Positions 56,894 through 64,000 of a stretch of DNA of 64,000 bases are shown here, piece by piece. Made by a program: the position numbers and the translations under genes. Positions within the stretch are counted from its first letter, which is position 1; the number at the start of each line of letters is the position of its first letter. Below the pieces are notes generated by a model, which saw only the letters and a list, made by a program, of their open reading frames with translations, ran no database searches and was not told the origin of the DNA. Source of the DNA: Eledone cirrhosa (lineage: Eukaryota); contig OZ024764.1 in the NCBI GenBank assembly GCA_964016885.1, positions 21,886,001 through 21,950,000 on the forward strand, given 5' to 3'.

Positions 56894-59800
56894 ATAAATT
56901 CAATTTATTCACGTTTATAATAACATATATAATGACACAATGCTTAGAGGAAAGTCATAGCATCACTTATATCAACACAAGTGGATAATTTACTTCAGAA
57001 TGAAAATATAAACAGAGCATATAAATAAATTTACAGTAGAATAACATAACAAATATGTTTTAAATATATAAATAACATTACAAATGCCTCGGTAACACTA
57101 TAAAGGATGATACAATGAAAGATAAATTCCTTCAATGTTGCAATATTAAAGAAAATGTAAAGGAAGGGGTGGACAACGGAGCCAACACCAGAGCAAAAGA
57201 CAGCAACGAGGGGTACTGGGAAACCTCTCTAATGAGTTTTCAGGCAAGCCAGCACACTGGCAGTGTTACATCGGGTGATGGCGAGGCTGAGGTGCTGGAA
57301 CAGCCAAGCGCCCTTGCAATTTCGCCAGTTACCTCTATAAGGCGAGCCGCCAGTGAGGAAAGGAACCTCGCAGTCAGCGGCCCGACTCCCCAAAACGTCT
57401 CGAAAGCCACAGGCTGAAAAATGTAGCTGGCCGACAGATCAGAGTATTTGAGGGTCTTACTCCGCTCGGCTGCCGAAGCTGTGGCTCTCGTCCTTACCGC
57501 AGCATCAAGGATGTGGGAAAGAGCAAAGGAGTCACTAACAGTGACGTCCCAGAGTAGACACCTGCCTTTCGACCAGGGGCACAGGGTAAGGCCGTCAGGT
57601 CTTTTGCCGTCACTTCTGGACAACCCAGATGGTTCCAAGACCGAGGGGATGTTTGCCCGGGCCAAAGCTCTCTTCAGATATAAAGTTTAGCTCCGTGTGA
57701 CGGGCGAAGCAGCCGGCATTCAGGCGGCAAGAAAGACCGTGGGGGCCTGTGGAGTCGAGGAGTTAGCCACATCTCAAACCCATGCAGACGTCAGCTCCCA
57801 CTCTGAGGGTGATGGAGACACGAAGTTCATCCAGGCTGAGTAGGCCTCCAACGTTGGCCACGGGTAAGGCATCGACCCAGTCACCGGAGTATTTGGCGCT
57901 GGCAGATGGTAAGCGGCACCTTGTAAACTGATCTGAGAGGACAAAGAGGGAGTCGAAGGTGGCATTCCAACGTATCCTGTCCCAAGTTCTCTGACTTCGA
58001 CTGTCCTCCACCTTCTCAGGAAGAGACAAGCCCAACTCACTCCATTGCTGGAGAGCTTCACACAACTCCCTGTTGGAACTAGTCCATGTTGGAGAGGAGA
58101 GGATGCTGCAAGCTTGGGTGGAGGAAAGGAAGCAGGGGGGAGAGAGGGACGAACACTTACTAACATTGACCAGACACTTGAGTCTCTCGAAGATTAGGTC
58201 GTCGAAGTGTTGGAGGCAGGATGGAAATCTGTGAGAGGGGCTGACCCTGAGCAGATACAGAAGCTTAGGAATAGACAGGTAGTTCCTGAGTAAGAAGAAA
58301 CCTTGATGGGGTTCGATATCTTCAATATTCCTCAGCAGCTGCTCAAGGCCAACCATCTTCGATTGGATGGTGGACTCGAAGGCCAGGTCTGTGATTGGGG
58401 CTCCTAAGGAGCACCAAGCCGACGGGGGAGGGACCATGATGGAAGGGAAGGACTCTGCGAACAGGTCGATCAGCTGTTGGTGTTAAGAAGCCGGGTGGTT
58501 GAGGATCCAGAGCTCACATTTGGAGCTATTGATCTGGAGACCCCGGCGCCAAGCTCCTCCACCATCCTGTTGGCAGTGGCGAGAACCATATCCGGAGTTC
58601 CCCCCAAACAGGCGTCGTCGAGCTACCAGACATTGAGGTCCAACTCAGCCCCCATCTTGGTGACGTCATCAATGTCCAGTGAGGGGGGGGGGTCCCGAGT
58701 GGGTCACCCTGTTGGACTGCTGAGGCAGAGGTGATGATCTGGTCACTGAAAGAGAGGTAAGAGGGCTCCCGATAAGCCTGCCAAGCAAAGTGGTAGAGTT
58801 GTGGGACCCTCTCTCTTACTGAGCCGAGGACGATGTCGCGGCTGACGGAGTTGAAGGCATTCCTGAGATCAAGTTTGAGGATGACCTTGGGGGATGAGGA
58901 GGGCAAGTTGGCAAATGCTCTGGCAGCGTGGACAGCAGCCACACATCCCAACCTGGTACCCACCCACAGCTGGATGGGGGAAAATTCCTCCGCCAGTGGG
59001 TTGGAGACCAACAGCAATCACGCCTTTGCAGTGAGGCGGCGAGGTGTGCAGCCACCGCAATGCGGCGCAGGTCCCCGTTGGGCTTGGTGAGACCAAATAG
59101 CTTCGCACCGAAGAACAGTGGGCGGATGAAAGGGAGAACGTTCACTGATTCACAAACTGAGTCAGACTCTCCAAGAGCTCGAGTCCGGCATCACCGGCCG
59201 ATAAGGAGATACCATCCTTGAGGTGTTGAGGACGAAGGACGTCAATTCCTGCGCCTGACCCAGCGGGGAAGGATGAAATCGCCTTTCTGATGATATTGGT
59301 GGTGTAAACCGGTCTCAAGTATTCTGGTGGTTCGGGCCAGTGTTGCTGATCATCTGGGGGTGCTTCTCCTTCAGACGCTCACGAGAGTCAGAGTTGCAAT
59401 GGAGCAAGGGAGGACAGCCCCTTTAATGTCAAATTCGCTGAATTTGGCATTGACGGCTCGCTTGAGGTCTACCGGTTGTCTGTTGGTGGACACCGAGCTC
59501 GGAGACGAACTGAGATGAGACGTGGTTGGGGTGGACTCAAACAACTGGAACTGCCGCTTGAGAGAGGACTTGAGGGAACCCGAGTTCGCATTGTGCACGT
59601 GAAGAGAGATGAGGGGAAACAAAAACAATTTCTGCCAGACTATTGTTGGACGAGCAAACGTTTTTCAGTAAATTAGAGAGGGCACCTGCAAAGCTGTTCC
59701 GAGCTCCCTTAAGGGTCCGGTTAACGAGCTTTGATTTGGAGAAGCCCTGGGGGGACTGTGGAAAGTCGTCGGTAGAGTCTTGGTCATCCCCACGGAATAG

Positions 59801-61155
59801 TCGGAGCTGAAGTGGCACCGATGACAGGTCCAGTGTTGAAGCCTTTCGGCTTGAGCTTTGGTGATGCCGACACAGCTTCTGTGGTAGCTTGCGTGGCATA
59901 GGTGACATTTAATTGTCTTTAAGTACTGGTTAGTGCGGGCACAGAGGGCGCAATCAGGTGGCGGGCTGGCAACAGCCGGCAGTAGAGGGCCAGCGTTGGA
60001 ATTCGGTGAAGGGAGTGAGTCAGTAAAGGAGACAGCAGTGGTTCTAACGGTGGGACTAAAGCGGAGGTTGGGTGGTGAGCTAACAGTTATAGGGGTGGTG
60101 TGGTTGGCCGGGTTGGATTCGTTCGGAATCTGCCGTGAAGGAGAGGAGGGGTAGGTGGGGGTCAAGTTAGCTCCTCTCGTGCGTGCTGCAGTTGGTGTAG
60201 AATGAGAGGTCGAAGGCTGACCGGTTGTCACATTAGTCGTTCCACCAAGCAGGTCTCTTGGTCGTTCGACGCATGCCACCGCCACCTAGAGTGGACTAGG
60301 TTAAAGTGGTGGCAACTTTAGCAATCGGCAATCGCCGGTGATAGTTCGGTCGAAACATCGGGCCACCGGCGGGTTGAACGAATACCTAGGTGGGCTGTGC
60401 GCGAGGAGGAAGTAAGGGTTGAGCAAGGGGAGGGATGGAAGGTGGAGAAGGAGTGAAAAGATGGTGAGTGCGTGGAGAGGAGTGTGGTCATGTGAGAGGC
60501 AGATAAATACAGTGGGAGAGAAAGAGAAGGAAAATAAAAACGCTAGAAATACAAAATCTAAGGCTGTGAGTTTGTGTAATAGTTCGCATGGGGAAATCCG
60601 CAGTAAAAACCGAAATTTTGAGTTTGTGTAAAAAAGAAAAAAAAAAAAAACATGGGCAAGACTTAAGTAAAATCAAAACCTGAATGATAGTGATACAAGA
60701 TGTTTACAATTACGGAGTGATTACATTACTGGACCTGAATTCTATCAAGTGGTCAAAGCTTCTAATTCTGTGAAATAGAATGGAAGTATGGATTGACCTT
60801 TCAGTCACACCTGACTATAAATAGATTCAGGTTATTTCAAGAGGGAGATGGGATGGTTCCTCGCCATTTATAATTATTTATATTTTATATTTGGGGGGTT
60901 TGATTTTGAAAAATTGTAAGTGTATGTTAAGGAGGAAAGTATAATTGTGTGATACAATTGCTCCAGGTTGGTTCCCTACGTTGTTGCCACAAACAATTCT
61001 TTTTTCCTCCGAACATCTGTTATTCCTCTCCGTAGATTATAAATGGTAAAATCCGTTCGATCCAACCGAATGGAAAATCCAGTTCCTTGAAGAATATTTT
61101 GAGTTGTCTCGGACAAAGCAAAAAAAGGGGGAAAGTTGAAAATGTTTACCTCGTT
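56894..61155 (-). mobile_element. Second copy of the CRE-like retrotransposon (segmental duplicate)
   Basis: Same junctions and shared inactivating lesions (*LDD, AIT*); ORF 59665..60285 shows CALC...CHLCHASYHRSC...WTCHRC. Confidence 0.88.
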
Positions 61156-61609
61156 TGGTGGTCAATTGCCATCTCCCACTGTGTTTTTCTTTCCTTTATC
61201 ATTATTGTTCAATAAATTATATTATTATACACAGTTTAGACAATATATTTGTAATGTCTTTCTCAAGGAATTGCCAGCAATTTATAATGTTATTTACACA
61301 CTTATGTTATTTATGTATATATTTAAAACATATTTACAACGTTATTCTACTGTAAATTTATACAATTGTAATAAAATATATTAATTATATCATCACATAA
61401 TATAAAAACGACCTTTAGAATATTTAAATATTTAGTTTTGTTAATTTATTTTTCAGCAACAACAAAAGTTTTCACTTTAATTAATTAGAGGTAGGTAAAA
61501 TATAGATAATTACGATAACATTTTATATTTTCAGTAATAAAACAAACAAGAAAATATATATTTGTGATGTGAAAAGTGAGATTAAATCTACAATATTAAT
61601 AGACATAAT

Positions 61610-61743
61610 ACTTACATTATAGTCTCAGGTGTTTAGTATTTACAGAAATGTTGTCTAAATGTTGTTGTAGGAAGACTAACACGTGGACAGGAAGTCGACA
61701 ACTGCACCACTGCGCATGCTTCAATGTTTTTTTCGTGACGTAA
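61610..61743 (-). promoter_or_regulatory. Candidate promoter and exon 1 of ZNF4
   Basis: Same motif cluster and donor (61615-61610); the AAAGGTCAA segment present in units 2 and 3 is deleted. Confidence 0.6.
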
Positions 61744-63620
61744 AAATATTTTTACCGAATTAAATTATGTAAAGTTTGTAATAAAAAAATGAAGTTGAAA
61801 ACAGTAAATGTAATTAAAATAGAGAAAGTAAGGTGTTGGTGGTGAGGAATGGACGGTAGACGTTTCACCTCAGTCTAGGTAGTGTATTTTTACCTGTGTC
61901 ACTCGGACAATAGCCAGCGATGACCACTACACCAAGCACTCTCTCCTTCAGGTGGTGTCCACTTTCGTGAGTCTGTAGAATAACAGGGCAGTTGGAAGAC
62001 AGAGGACAGCAGAGGAGGTCTTGACTTGAAAAGATTATCACTTGATACCTCGATATAACCTGTTGGTAGAAATAGTAGGGAGCTGGATCAATCGAGTACC
62101 CTGACAGAGATCCCAGGGTATGTCGGTAAGATAGGGTCATATGGGGGCTAAGTTGCCAGAACAGCTAAGTACCCCGACAGAGATCACCGGGTACTTCGGT
62201 AAGATCGGGTCATGTGGAGGCTAAACCGCCAGAACAGCTAAGTACCCTCACAAGAGTCATCGGGTACTTCGGTAAAGCCAGCCGCCAACAGTGACAACAA
62301 CTTCGTTGTCAGCAGCCCAGCTTCTCAAACATCACAGACTGGAATAAATACTTTGCCGATAATTACTGGTAGTTTAGCTTTTATTTCGTTCGTCTACAGA
62401 AGCAGTGACCCTCACTTTTACTACAGCATGTAGGATGTGGGAGGGAGACGAAAACATCACTAACTGGGGTCTCACAAATGTGACAGTTAGTTTTGAAAAT
62501 ACATATACAACATACAAGATAAATGACTAGACTGAAATATATTTGATAGGGAATAAAGAGTAGAATATTCTAGTCTGTGGTGTTGGAGAAGTTTGGAGGA
62601 GATAGGTCCCTGACAACGAGGTTCTTGTTATCGTTGGCAGCTCTCCTTACCGAGGTGTCAGGTGATACATATGAGGGTGTTTGGTAGTTCCAACATCTTA
62701 GCCTTGCTATCACTCGAGGTAAGACTGTCTCAGAAAGTATTAGAAGGAGACTCCGGCACCCCATGTGATGTGAGACTGATTGACAGAGTGTTGACTTAAT
62801 ATTTTCATTTGTTGTGATTCTATGTGAAATATATCTCTATGTAAGTAACTTGGTTACGTGAATCGAGTGAATCTCGTAAATACTTAAACAGAAATCTACT
62901 TAGGACACAAAATAAAGCAGATTCCATTGAACAAAGTATTTAAAAGACGTATATCAAAAAGAAGGGTGGATGTAACGAGAGTTGTCTCCCCTTACGTTTA
63001 TGTTTTACTGTAGTAGAAGTATAGATGTGTTTGTCTGTCTCTCTCTCTCGGTATAAACTACCATTTGCACTGCCTCTGTTTTTTGTTCCTGTCTAATATT
63101 TAACTATATATATATATATCCATCTCTCCAAAAATGATCAATTTAATTCTCTTTAACTCACTACATTCCACGACATGAAGTCTGCTGTCAAAACTGACCA
63201 AAGAATCCTGCCACCTCTACCCCTCCCTCCATCTCAGTTTGTCACTCTACTTCCTACCTCTTCCCCCTTCCTCTCTCTCTATACTATTCCGTCTGTCCCC
63301 TCACCTTCTGATTCCTCTCTCTCTCTACTAGTAAATACAATTCCAAATAAATGTTTTTCTCTATATATTAAGAATTATGCTACAATAATTTCTATATTCT
63401 TCATTTATATATATATATATATCTTGAGGTTGTGAGTTCGATTCCTGGACCAGGCGATGCGTTATGACCTTGAGCAAGACACTTTATTTCACGTTGTTCC
63501 TTCTACCTGGAATTGCGACCGATAGTACTAGCAATTGGAAAGACCAATGGAAACATTGCTTCCTCGGTCCGATTTGACGAAAGTCGATCGTTCCTTCATA
63601 TATATATATATATACACACA

Positions 63621-64000
63621 CTGTTGTACCTTGACTTATGAGTTTAATTTGTTCCGTGGAGGACCTCGTTACTTAAATTACTCGTATGTCAAATCAATTT
63701 TCCCCACTGAAATAAAATAAAAAGCCATTAATCCGTTCCAGACCCCCCAAAAAACCACAGTTTGTTTTGTTACGTGTTTTTAAATAAGAAAAATGTACTT
63801 ATAAAAGACAAATATTGTATATAAAAAACAATACAATAGAATGTACTACAATAAACTGGTTTTATTAAGTATAATGTACAGCATCTATCTTGGAGATCAG
63901 ACGACTTGAGGATGTTGACGGAGGAGAAAGGATGAACTGAATAACTGAATCTTATTCGCTGATTTTTGCCCCTTTTCGCCACGCGTTCCTCACTTTTATC
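63621..64000 (-). mobile_element. Probable 3' end of a Tigger-like transposon running off the window
   Basis: CTGTTGTACCTTGACTTATGAG resembles the TIR at 7491 but has different subterminal sequence; follows a (TA)n/(CA)n run. Confidence 0.55.

Overview
AT-rich, repeat-dense eukaryotic DNA, not prokaryotic. The '[17 protein letters not shown]' finger style, the RTE LINEs with (GAT)n tails and the SINE types fit an octopus/coleoid cephalopod genome best (inference). The window is a segmentally duplicated cluster of effector-less C2H2 zinc-finger genes. Three head-to-tail units of about 17-19 kb lie on the - strand (ZNF2 with 12 fingers, ZNF3 with 11, ZNF4 with 10). One inverted unit lies on + (ZNF1, 10 fingers), and a fifth unit has lost its gene by deletion. 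Each full unit has a candidate promoter and non-coding exon 1, a TE-filled intron of about 7 kb, one coding exon and a downstream half-finger gene relic. TEs include a near-intact RTE LINE, two truncated RTEs, two copies of a CRE-like RLE retrotransposon, a hAT (GTF2IRD2/Charlie-like) element, Tigger pieces, a piggyBac MITE, a foldback MITE, a solo LTR and SINEs. The most striking pattern is that five different minisatellites carried by the units (39, 48, 62, 73 and 82 bp) all trace by eye to short retrotransposon segments and vary in copy number between paralogues. The 39-bp unit also reads as a miniature 3' splice site. All calls come from manual reading and translation; no database searches were run.
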